In this document: piece after piece, positions 51,292 to 64,000 of the stretch | Layout: each line of letters begins with the position of its first letter | How positions within the stretch are numbered: position 1 is the first letter of the stretch | From: Mobula hypostoma | Lineage: Eukaryota | Assembly (NCBI RefSeq): GCF_963921235.1 | Contig: NC_086108.1 | Coordinates: 104,348,001 to 104,412,000 of the forward strand | DNA: 64,000 nt | Direction: 5' to 3' | Translations under genes and position numbers: made by a program | The notes under the pieces: model-generated | Seen by the model: the letters and a program-made list of their open reading frames with translations, nothing else | Databases searched by the model: none | What the model was told of the DNA's origin: nothing

Positions 51292-52010
51292 TAAGCACAA
51301 GAAATTTAGCAGTTGTGGAAATCCAGACCACAAACACAAAATTCTGGAGAGCTCAGCAGGTTAGGCAGCATTTATGGAGATGATCTGGGCCAAAACCCTT
51401 CATCTGGACTGGAAAGGAAGGGGGAAGAAGGCGGAATAAGAAGGTGGGGAGAGGGGAAGGAGTACAAGCTGGCAGATGATTGGTGAGTCCAGGTGAGGGG
51501 GGAAGGTAGGTGGGTGGAGGAGGAGGGATGAAGTGAGAAGCTGGGAGGTGATAGATCGAAGAGGTGAAGGAAAAAGGTGGAAGAGATGAAGAAAAAAGTA
51601 TCTGAGGAGGGAAGAGTGGACCATGGGAGAAAGGGAAGGAAGAGGGGCAACAGAGGGAGGCGATGGGCAGGTGAGGACGAGAAGGGGTAAAAAGTGAGCC
51701 AAAATGATGAATGGAAAAAAAGAGTGAGCGGGAGGAAAAATTATTGGCAGCTAGACAAATCAATGTTCATGATGCCACCAGGTTGGAGACTACCCAGATG
51801 GAATATGAGGTGTTGATCCTCCAACCTGAGAGTAGCTTCATCATGGTGGTAGAACAGGCCATGGGCTGACATGTCAGAATGGAATGGGGAGTGGAATTAA
51901 AATGGTGGCCACTGGGAAAACCTATCTTTTGTTCAGACAGAGTGAAGGTGATTGATGAAGTGGTCCTCCAATCTACATTGGATGTAGAGGTGGCCAAACC
52001 AGGAGCGGTA
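51292..52010 (-). mobile_element. Old Penelope-like 3' fragment
   Basis: Degenerate homology to 18436-19150 (GTTGGAGACTACCCAGATGGAATATGAGGTGTTG...). Confidence 0.7.
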
Positions 52011-52279
52011 CTAGCTGTCCAGTAGACAACCCAGGTGGAGCAGATGTCCCAGGATACAGAGACAACCCTGACCGTGACCGCAATAAGATAGTCTTATTTT
52101 GGTTTTGCAACACATAAAAAAAACTGAATATTTCTTTATAAAAAAATCTGAGGAAGAAGATTATGTGAATCAGCTGGAAACCATTATCCATTCCAACTGG
52201 TTTTGGTCCCTGCGCCTGGATTTTGCTGGAGTTGAAGAAATAACAGGCAGGACAGACGAAGTTTGAGGAAATAAAGTAG

Positions 52280-53405
52280 GCCAAAGTCAGTATGGTTTCC
52301 CTGAGGGGAGATCTCCCCTGACAAAGCTGTTGGAACTCTTTGAGGAAATAAGGAGAGTCAGTGCATGTGGTTTATTGGATTTACAGAAGGCCTTTGTCAA
52401 GGTGCCACACATGAAGTTGCTAAATAAGATAAGAGCCCACAGTATTACAGGAAAGATACTCGCATGGACAGAAAACTGGCCAACTGGTAGGAGGCAAAGA
52501 GTGGGAATAAAGGGGCCTTTTCCAAATGGCTTCCAGTGATTAGTGATGGAAATAGGGGTAGGCTTTGGGACAGCTTCTTTTCACATTATATATTAATGAT
52601 ATAGATAATGGAGTTGATGGCTTTGTAGGAAAGTTTGTGGATGATACGAAGTTAGGTGGAGGGGCAGGTAGTGTTGAGGGAGCAGGGAAACTGCAGAAGG
52701 GCATAGACCGATTAGGAGAATATGAATAGAAGTGACAGATGGAATATAGGTTAGGAGTATTTAGTCATACACTTTGGCAGAAGAAATGAATGTGTAGACT
52801 ATTTTCTAAACAAAGAGAAAATTCAGAAATTAGAGCTGCAAGGAGACTTTGGAGTTCTCATGCAGAATTCCATAAAGGTTAACTTGTAGGCTGAGTAAGT
52901 GGTAAGGATAGCATATGCAGTTAGTATTCATTTCAAGAGGACTAGAATATAACAGTAAGGCTGAAATGTGGACTGTACTTGGAGTATTGTGAGCAGTTTT
53001 GTGCCCCTTATCAATGAGGAGGTTCATGAAAATTATTACAGGAATGAAAAGGTTAATGTATAAGGGGTGTTTGATGACTTTGGGCCTGTACTCATTGGAG
53101 TTTAGAAGAATGGGGGTGGGAGCTCATTGAAACCTATCGAATATTGAAAGGCCTAGATAGAGTGAATGCGGAGAGGATGTTTCCTATTATGGTGGAGTCT
53201 AGGACCTGAGGGCACAGAGTCCGAACAGAAGGACTCCCTTTAAAACAGAGCTGAGGATGAACTTCTTTAGCCAGAGGGTGGTGAATCTGTGTACTTCATT
53301 GCCACAGACAGCTGGGCAGGCCAAGTCATTGAGTATATTTAAAGTTGAGGTTAATAGGTTCTTGATTAGTCAGGGCGTTAAAGGTTATGGGGAGAAGGCA
53401 GGAGA
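52280..53405 (+). mobile_element. Old CR1 fragment
   Basis: LDLQKAFVKVPH..LLNKIRAH; decayed RT. Confidence 0.75.
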
Positions 53406-53477
53406 ATAAGAATCAGGTTTAATATCATTGGCATATGGCATGAAATTTGTTGACTTTGCAGCAGCAGTACAAGTAAT

Positions 53478-55325
53478 ACATAGAAACATAGAAACCTAGA
53501 AAATAGGTGCAGGAGTAGGCCATTCGGCCGTTCGAGCCTGCACCGCCATTTATTATGATCATGGCTGATCATCCAACTCAGAACCCCGCCCCAGCCCTCC
53601 CCCCATACCCCCTGACCACTGTAGCCACAAGGGCCATATCTAACTCCCTCTTAAATATAGCCAATGAACTGGCCTCAACTGTTTCCCGTGGCAGAGAATT
53701 CCACAGATTCACCACTCTGTGTGAAGAAGTTTTTCCTAATCTCGGTCCTAAAAGGCTTCCCCTTTATCCTCAAACTGTGACCCCTCGTTCTGGACTTCCC
53801 CAACATCGGGAACAATCTTCTTGCATCTAGCCTGTCCAATCCCTTTAGGATTTTATACGTTTCAATCAGATCCCCCCTCAATCTTCTAAATTCCAACGAG
53901 TACAAGCCCGGTTCATCCAGTCTTTCTTCATATGAAAGTCCTGCCATCCCAGGAATCAATCTGGTGAACCTTCTTTGTACTCCCTCTATGGCAAGGATGT
54001 CTTTCCTCAGATTAGGGGACCAAAACTGCACACAATACTCCAGGTGTGGTCTCACCAAGGCCTTGTACAACTGCAGTAGTACCTCCCTGCTCCTGTACTC
54101 GAATCCTCTCGCTATAAATGCCAGCATACCATTTGCCTTTTTCACCGCCTGCTGTACCTGCATGCCCACTTTCAATGACTGGTGTATAATGACACCCAGG
54201 TCTCGTTGCACCTCCCCTTTTCCTAATCGGTCACCATTCAGATAATAACCTGTTTTCCTATTTTTGCCACCAAAGTGGATAACTTCACATTTATCCACAT
54301 TAAATTGCATCTGCCATGAATTTGCCCACTCACCCAACCTATCCAAGTCACCCTGCATCCTCTTAGCATCCTCCTCACAGCTAACACTGCCACCCAGCTT
54401 CATGTCATCCGCAAACTTGGAGATGCTGCATTTAATTCCCTCATCCAAGTCATTAATATATATTGTAAACAACTGGGGTCCCAGCACTGAGCCTTGCGGT
54501 ACCCCACTAGTCACTGCCGCCATTCTGAAAAGGTCCCGTTTATTCCCACTCTTTGCTTCCTGTCTGCTAACCAATTCTCTATCCACATCAATACCTTACC
54601 CCCAATACCGTGTGCTTTAAGTTTGCACACTAATCTCCTGTGTGGGACCTTGTCAAAAGCCTTTTGAAAATCCAAATATACCACATCCACTGGTTCTCCC
54701 CTATCCACTCTACTAGTTACATCCTCAAAAAATTCTATGAGATTCGTCAGACATGATTTTCCTTTCACAAATCCATGCTGACTTTGTCCGATCATTTCAC
54801 CGCTTTCCAAATGTGCTGTTATCACATCCTTGATAACTGACTCCAGCAGTTTCCCCACCACCGACGTTAGGCTAACCGGTCTATAATTCCCCGGTTTCTC
54901 TCTCCCTCCTTTTTTAAAAAGTGGGGTTACATTAGCCACCCTCCAATCCTCAGGAACTAGTCCAGAATCTAACGAGTTTTGAAAAATTATCACTAATGCA
55001 TCCACTATTTCTTGGGCCACTTCCTTAAGCACTCTGGGATGCAGACCATCTGGCCCTGGGGATTTATCTGCCTTCAATCCCTTCAATTTACCTAACACCA
55101 CTTCCCTACTAACATGTATTTCGCTCAGTTCCTCCATCTCACTGGACCCTCTGTCTCCTACTATTTCTGGAAGATTATTTATGTCCTCCTTAGTGAAGAC
55201 AGAACCAAAGTGATTATTAAATTGGTCTGCCATGTCCTTGCTCCCCATAATCAATTCACCTGTTTCTGTCTGTAGGGGACATACATTTGTCTTTACCAGT
55301 CTTTTCCTTTTTACATATCTATAAA
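53478..55325 (-). mobile_element. Young CR1 LINE ORF2 3' half
   Basis: ORFs 54511-55332 and 53675-54586 joined by one frameshift; 3' UTR with (CATAGAAA)n on the + strand. Confidence 0.92.
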
Positions 55326-56055
55326 AAAACAAAGAAAAACAATTGTGAAATACAGAAAGTTTATATATGTTAAATAGGTAAATTCAATAAGTAGTGCAAA
55401 AATAGAAATAAAAAAAGTCGTGAGGTGGTGTTCATGTGTTCAGTGTCCATTCAGCAATTAGATGGCAGAGGGGAAGAAGCTGTTCCTGATTTGTTGAGTG
55501 TTCGGCTTCAAGCATCTGCACCTCTTCCCTGGTGGTAGCAATGAGAACAAGGCACGGCCTCGGTGATGGGGGTCCTTAATGATGGATGCTGGTCCTTTGC
55601 ACAATAGTTGCTGTCAGTCTTTGTTCATGCGTAGTTTTTCATAAATTCCATTGTATTTCATTATTTTCTTGTAAGTAGCAGCAAGGTGGCAATTCTTAAG
55701 GCTGTATATGGTGACATAATATGTACTCTGGTAATAAATTCACTGACTGACTTTGATCTACCTGTTTCTGCGGCAGGCAAATTTGCAGTGGGCCGAGATC
55801 GTCTGGAAGGCTGGAGGTAATATATACCACAACCAGCCTCTTGAAAACCTTCATGCTGACCAGAAAGGAATTAATCTATCCAATCTCACCTCTCCTCAGG
55901 CCACAGCTCTGTCAGGGCAGTTCCAGAGGAACTTCTCCAGGTAGATTCTGTTCAATATTCAACAGGGTTACACTCAATGGCCTCAGTGTTCTCTCTCAAG
56001 TGTTAATTTACTTTCCTTTAGAAGGCTCTGATTGGTCTTACTATCACCACTTTAC

Positions 56056-56440
56056 ATACTTAGTGTCCACTTCATTAGAGACCTCCTGTACCTAATAAAA
56101 TGGCCGCCAAGTGTAGGCTTTTGGTCTTCTGCTACTGTAGCCCATCCACTTCCAGTCTCAACATGTTGTATATTCAGAGATGCTCTTCTGCACACCACTG
56201 TTGTAACGTGTGGTTATTTGAGTTATTGTCGCCTTCCTGTCAGCTTGAACCAGTCTGGCCATTCTCCTCTGACCCCTCTCATTAACAAGGCAGTGATGCT
56301 CACTGGTTTTATTTTTGCTTTTTATACCATTCTCTATAAACACTGGAGACTGTTGTGAATGAAAATCCCAGCAGATCAACAGTTTCTAAGATCCTCAAAC
56401 CACCCTGTCTGGCACCAACAGTCATGCCACAGACAAAGTT
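56056..56440 (-). mobile_element. Same short Tc1-like family, truncated
   Basis: Homology to 46593-47140. Confidence 0.65.
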
Positions 56441-56526
56441 CTAAGTTCAAAGAATGTTCATTACAAGGAATGTATACACTATACAGCCTTGAGATTCATC
56501 TCCTTGCAGGAAGCCACAAAACAAAG

Positions 56527-57165
56527 AAATAAATAACGGATGGGGTACGAGGGGGAGGTGGGGCATTAGTGGAAGTTAGAGAAGTCAATGTTCATGCCAT
56601 CAGGTTGGAGGCTACTCAGACGGAATATAAGGTGTTGTTCCTCCAACCTGAGTGTGGCTTCATCTTTACAGTAGAGGAGGCCGTGGATAACCCCCCACCT
56701 CCCCCTCGTAGACTTCTCTAACTTCCACTAATGCCCCACCTCCCCCTCATACCCCATCCATTACTTATTTATATACACACATTCTTTCTCTCTCTCTCCT
56801 TTTTCTCCCTCTGTCCCTCTGACTATACCCCTTGGCCATCCTCTTTTTTTTTCCCCCCCCTCTCCCTTTTCCTTCTCCCTGGGCCTCCTGTCCCATGATC
56901 CTCTCATATCCCTTTTGCCAATCACCTGTCCAGCTCTTGGCTCCATCCCTCCCCCTCCTGTCTTCTCCTATCATTTCGGATCTCCCCCTCCCCCTCCCAC
57001 TTCCAAATGTCTTACTAGCTCTTCCTTCAGTTAGTCCTGACGAAGGGTCTCGGCCCGAAACGTCTACTGTACCTCTTTCTAGAGATGCTGCCTGGCCTGC
57101 TGAGTTCACCAGCAACTTTGATGTGTGTTGCTTGAATTTCCAGCATCTGCAGGATTCCTCGTGTT
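56527..57165 (+). mobile_element. Penelope-like 3' end with internal inversions
   Basis: Minus-oriented piece 56527-56690, short switch segment, then plus-oriented 3' UTR, hammerhead motif and tail ending ..GCAGGATTCCTCGTGTTT. Confidence 0.85.
57031..57070 (+). ncRNA. Minimal hammerhead ribozyme motif
   Basis: TTAGTCCTGACGAAGGGTCTCGGCCCGAAACGTCTACTGT, with one stem I mismatch. Confidence 0.65.
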
Positions 57166-58443
57166 TGAGCCCATTCTCATGTTTGGACTGAACAGCAACG
57201 GAACCTCTTACGTAGTTCAGTGTAGTTTTTGTATTGGTCACGTAGCACCATGGTCCTGGAAAACGTTGTCTCATTTTTACTGTGTACTGTAGCAGCAGTT
57301 ATGGTCGAAATGACAATAAAAAGTAACTTGGTTGACCTGAAACAATAAAAAAGTAAACAAATAACACACAGAGAACGTGATTTGCGAAATCCCCGAAAGT
57401 GAGTCCACAGCCACTCAGGCAGTTCAGTGCTGAGGAATGGAAACCCATGTGATCATGGAAGTGGAATGCTGATCTTACAGCTAGCACTGTAGAGCGTTGT
57501 GTTAACTGTTATGTAACAATGGAGTTGGGGAGGTTTGTATATTTAACTAATTAATTTATTTATTGACATATAGTGCAGAATAGGCCCTTCTGGTCCATCA
57601 AGCCACATCACCCAGCAACTCCTGATTTAACAATAGCCTAAATCACAAGACAATTTACAACGACCAAGTAACCTACCATCTGGTACGTCTTTGGACTGTG
57701 GGAGGAAACTGCATCACCCAAAGGAAACCCATGTGGTCACGGGGACAACGTACAAACTCCTTATAGGCAGTGGCAGGAATTGAACCCGGGTCGGTGCAGA
57801 GCATTGTGCTATCCACTGCACTACTGTATATGGAATGAGCTGCCAGAGGAAGTGGTTGAGGCAACATTCAAAAAACAATTGGACTGGGTACATGGATGGG
57901 AGATGTTTCGAGGGATATGGGCACCACTGTAGCCTCGTGGTTCATGCAATGCTATTACAGCTTGAGGCTCCTCATCCTGGTGATCTCTGCAAAGAGTTGG
58001 TATGTGCCCCCTGTAAAATGGGTCGGTCTTCTGCGGGTGCTCTGCAGTCCAAAGAAGTACTGGTTAGCAGGTTAATCGGTCATTGTAGTTTATCCCGTGA
58101 TGAAGCAGGGATAAAGGGACTAGCTTAGATGGGAATCTTGGTTGGTCATAGGCTGTTTGGATCAAAAGGGTATGTATCTGTGTTGTATAACTCCAAGATA
58201 TACAGGATTTACTCCAGAATTCACTTCTGGTAAGGTGGCGATGTGTTCGGACGCAACGTCATCTCGGGGGCCAACCAAGGTAATTTTTATTCTTTGTTCA
58301 ATGTGTTTTTCTCGATCACGAGACAATTCTGCTCCAAGAACATTGGCTACTACAGGACTAGCTCATCGGTGAAATGCTCGTGGATCGGAGTAGCTGGACT
58401 GCAGTCAGCAGCAGAGCCAGCTGAGGCGTCAAAGGGGCCACCC

Positions 58444-59240
58444 GGGATGTCGGAGAAGGAGACGGTCAGGATGTCGGAGAAGGAGACGGTCAGGCTGTCG
58501 GAGAAGGAGACGCTCAGGATGTCAGAGAAGGAGACGGTCAGGATGTTGGAGAAGGAGCAGTCAGGATGTTGGAGAAGGAGACGGTCAGGATGTCGGAGAA
58601 GGAGACGGTCAGGATGTCGGAGAAGGAGACGGTCAGGATGTCGGAGAAGGAGACGCTCAGGATGTTGGAGAAGGAGCCAGTCAGGATGTCGGAGAAGGAG
58701 ACGGTCAGGATGTTGGAGAAGGAGACGGTCAGGCTGTCGGAGAAGGAGACGCTCAGGCTGTCGGAGAAGGAGACGCTCAGGATGTCAGAGAAGGAGACGG
58801 TCTGGATGTTGGAGAAGGAGCAGTCAGGATGTTGGAGAAGGAGACGGTCAGGATGTCGGAGAAGGAGACGGTCAGGATGTCGGAGAAGGAGACGGTCAGG
58901 CTGTCGGAGAAGGAGACGGTCAGGATGTTAGAGAAGGAGCAGTCAGGATGTCGGAGAAGGAGACGGTCAGGATGTTGGAGAAGGAGCAGTCAGGATGTCG
59001 GAGAAGGAGACGCTCAGGATGTTGGAGAAGGAGCAGTCAGGATGTCGGAGAAGGAGGCGGTCAGGATGTCGGAGAAGGAGACGGTCAGGATGTTGGAGAA
59101 GGAGACGGTCAGGATGTCGGAGAAGGAGACGGTCAGGCTGTCGGAGAAGGAGACGGTCAGGATGTTAGAGAAGGAGCAGTCAGGATGTCGGAGAAGGAGA
59201 CGGTCAGGATGTTGGAGAAGGAGCAGTCAGGATGTCGGAG
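58444..59240 (+). repeat. Minisatellite, 24-bp unit GGATGTCGGAGAAGGAGACGGTCA with 23-bp variants, ~33 copies
   Basis: Directly visible tandem array; variant unit GGATGTTGGAGAAGGAGCAGTCA is interspersed. Confidence 0.95.
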
Positions 59241-59418
59241 GGGCTGGTTTGGGTTTGGAGGAACTAACCTGGGTGCAGACTGTGTTACATGAAGGCATGG
59301 GACTTCGTGCGTGAATACAGTGTGTAGTGGGTGCCTGTGCACATGCCGGGAGACTATACCATCAAGTTGCAAGGCACGTCGCTCACGGTCTTGGACTATA
59401 TTTTTTTTCACGTAAATA

Positions 59419-61058
<1,640 letters not shown>

Positions 61059-61524
61059 TATGTATTCTTTGTTCGCTATTTTGAATGTGCTGTGTATGTT
61101 TTTGCAGTGTAGCCCCAGAGGAATGCTGTCTTGTTCAGCTTGTTCATATGTATGGTCGAATGATAATTAAACTTGATTTGATTTGATTTGGATAGGAAGG
61201 TTGTAATAATCCCGTCCTTGCCCCCTATTCAGCTGGTAGGACCTGTAACATTGGCTCAGTGCTGCACCCATGTGGACAATGCTGGCAATGCTACTGTTAA
61301 CCTCATAGAAACAGTCCCTTCAGTCCATTGAGTCAGTTCTGACCACCAAGCGTCCACTTACACCAACCCTACTCTAACAGCCTTGTATTCTCCCCACATT
61401 CCCATCAAATCCCACTGGGATCTACCTCCCACTGGTGCACTATGGGCTGATATATCTACCCGTGGGCTTTTGGGATCCCAGGGAGACTGGTGCACCTGAC
61501 GGAACCCATGAGCCGCAGGGAGAT

Positions 61525-61942
61525 ACACACACGATGCCAGTGCAACTCAGCAGGTCAGGCAGCAGTTCTGGAAGTGAATAAACAGTCGATGTTTGGGGTT
61601 GAGACCCTTCAGAGGGACTGGAAGGGAAGGGGGGAGGGGAAGATGCCAGAATAAGAAGGTAGTGGAAGGGGAAGGGGGCAAGCTGGAAGGTGATAGGTGA
61701 AGCCAGGTGGGTGGGGTGGGGGAGGGTGGGATGAAGTAAGAAGTTGGGTAGTGATAGGCAGAAGAAGCAAAGGACTAGAGAAGCAGGAATCTAGTAGGAG
61801 GGGAGAGTGGACAATAGGAGAAAGGGCACCAGTAGGAGATGATAGGCAGGTGGGAAGTAGAGTTAAGAAGCCAGAGTGGGGAACTGAGAAAGGTGAAAGG
61901 GGAGGGAAAAAATTACTAGAAGTTGGAGAAATTGATGTTCGG
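61525..61942 (-). mobile_element. Old Penelope-like 3' fragment
   Basis: AACTCAGCAGGTCAGGCAGCA...GTCGATGTTT..GAGACCCTTC followed by the purine-rich UTR seen in other copies. Confidence 0.65.
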
Positions 61943-62049
61943 GTCACAGGGAGAAATTGCAAATTCTATATAGACAACACCGGGTATCAGGAATGACCTG
62001 GATGTCTGTAACAGTGAAGCCATGGCTCTACTAGCTGTGTCAATAAGCC

Positions 62050-62975
62050 AACTTTATGGCGAAAAACCAGAAATTAAGAAAAACTTTGAAGGTCCAAGTA
62101 TTTTAAAATCTGAAGTTTGTAATGCAATAAATAAGATGAAGAAAGGAAAGGCAGCAGGTCCTGATGAATTAGTAATAGAACAAATTATCGCCCTTGAAGA
62201 TTATGGAATTGAAAAACTTAATGATTTAATCAATGACATTTATGAGACTGGAATAATACCAAAAGAGATTTTAAAAAATCAGTATTTATCACTCTTCCTA
62301 AGAAAACTGGAGTAATTGAATGTAAGTTACATAGGACCATAAGTTTAATGAGTCATATCCAAGATATTTCTAAGAATTTTGATGACAAGAGCTAAAAGTA
62401 AGAGACAAGCTGAAACAGGCAAAGAACAATGTGGTTTCGTGAAAGACAAAGGTAGAAGAAACGCAATATTGATGTTAGGGATACTATCAGAATGAGCTAT
62501 TTAAGTGCAAAAAGATTGTTTGTTTTATCAACTACACAAAAGCATTTGATAAAGTGAAGCACAATAAGTTATTTGAAATATTACAGGAAACTCTAAATCT
62601 AGATTCGAAAGACCTCCACCTAATCAGAAATCTGTACTGGGAACAAACTGCCGCTGTAAGAATAGATGGAGAAGTGAGTCAGTTTATGAAAATCAAGAGA
62701 GGCGTTAGACAAGGGTGTGTTTTCTCCTCTGATTTATTTAATGTGTACAGTGAAACAATATTACAAAAAATAAGAGACATCTTGGGAATCAAAGTTGGTG
62801 GTGAAAACATCAATAATTTCAGATATGCAGATGACACTAATAATTGCAAGTACAGAGGAAGAACTACAAAACTTAATTGATATAATTGTTGAAGAAAGTG
62901 CAAAAATGGGTCTATCTATCAATTGCAAAAAGACAGAATGTATGGTGATATCCAAAAAGAAGGAGAATCCTATCT
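62050..62975 (+). mobile_element. RTE-clade LINE RT fragment
   Basis: KGKAAGPDE, IRNLYWEQTAAVR, IKRGVRQGCVFS..LFNVYSE, INNFRYADD, GLSINCKKTECMVI. Confidence 0.85.
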
Positions 62976-63129
62976 ATCAGGCGTGCAGCAAAGACACGGA
63001 CTTGCAGTACCCCAAAGACTACTCGTTCACCCGGTATTTGATGCACAACAGGCTCTCACTCTCCCTAATAAGGGAGAAAGGGGTATCTCCGTTTCACAGC
63101 GAGAGCATTTCTCAGTGAGCTCCTTGTCG

Positions 63130-63620
63130 TTCAGATTGGCAAAAACGTCTCCTCCACAACCTCCATTAGCACAGGAGCACTACTGTGATGAGTACTTAGT
63201 CCCCTGCTTGACTCGTTTTACACCTTTAACTGTGTGGCTAAGTACAGCTCCAACACGATATACAAGTTTGCTGATGACTCCACTGTTGTGGGCTGTATCA
63301 AAGGTGTGATGAATCAGCATACAGGAGGGAGACTGTGTAATAGCAACAATCTCTCATTCAATGTCAATAAGACCAAGGAACTGATAGTAAACTTCATGAG
63401 AGGGAAACCAGAGGTCCATAAGCCAGTAGTCATTGGAGGATCAGAGATGGAGAGGGTCAATAACTTTAAATTCTTGGGGGTCACTATCTCAGAGGACCTG
63501 TCCGGGACCCATCATATAAATATATTTGTTGAGAGAGCATGACAGCACCCCTACTTCCTCAGGGGTCTGCAGAGATTCAGCATGTCATCGAAAACCTTGG
63601 CAAACCTCTATATCTGCTAT
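63130..63620 (+). mobile_element. Rex1/Babar-type fragment
   Basis: YKFADDSTVVG, NVNKTKELIVNF, FKFLGVTISEDL. Confidence 0.75.
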
Positions 63621-64000
63621 TTGTCAAGTAGGGTGTCGTGCACAATCCTGATTTGATGGATTCAGACATGAGAGCACGGAGGAACATCTGGTGAAACTTC
63701 TGAAATGCCTGCTTCGCTGCTGCTGCTACTGTGTGGTCCAGAATCTCCAAGTCCTCGGCTTTGCTTGTTGCTCGGCGGCCGGGGAGGGGTCGAAGCACTC
63801 GGCAGAGGATGGTGCCTGGAGAGGCTGTGTCGGAGGGGCTGGTCGGAGGCTCGAAGTTTTCGGACGGACTCAGAGTCCGCTGTGGTCGGGTGCTTCCAAT
63901 GCATCAGCAAGTTGGCGGCGCTTGGAGGTTCATGGCAAGGAGAGTTTCTCCCTTCTGCTGCCTACGTGAGATGATGAGTCTATCGGGACTTTGACACTAT

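Noticed and set aside
52130..52270. Protein-like stretch KSEEEDYVNQLETIIHSNWFWSLRL
   Set aside because: No recognisable homology or convincing splice sites; it runs into CR1-derived sequence and a stop.
55753..55944. Possible exon in a unique-looking island
   Set aside because: Short ORF with no recognisable product; cannot be supported without transcript data.
58444..59240. Possible CRISPR-like array
   Set aside because: Units are contiguous with no unique spacers, the context is eukaryotic, and there are no cas genes.
58243..59314. 349, 121 and 161 aa ORFs with Arg-rich or acidic repeats
   Set aside because: They result from a nearly stop-free 24-bp tandem unit; there is no domain or gene context.

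Overview
Repeat-dense vertebrate genomic DNA, most likely a cartilaginous fish (probably a ray). This is inferred from the CR1, Rex-Babar, V-SINE and Penelope repeat content, not from a search. The only host gene I can support is the prostaglandin F2-alpha receptor PTGFR on the + strand: coding exons 12068-12850 and 44240-44536, a 31.4 kb phase-0 intron, 359 aa. The rest is mostly nested mobile DNA: a decayed Ty3/Gypsy element with both LTRs, PBS and PPT; many CR1, Rex-Babar and RTE LINE fragments; tRNA-derived SINEs; hAT and Tc1 elements; and a 24-bp minisatellite. Most notable: (1) young Penelope-like fold-back insertions carrying minimal hammerhead ribozyme motifs, with a reproducible end asymmetry and breakpoints clustered at the ribozyme core; (2) a Sleeping Beauty-type Tc1 element with two right ends; (3) a SINE tail forming the PTGFR terminal-exon acceptor region, plus a cryptic acceptor predicting a 6-TM isoform; (4) substitutions at two FP ligand-pocket positions. 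All family assignments and comparisons to reference sequences are from motif recognition and memory; no database search was run.
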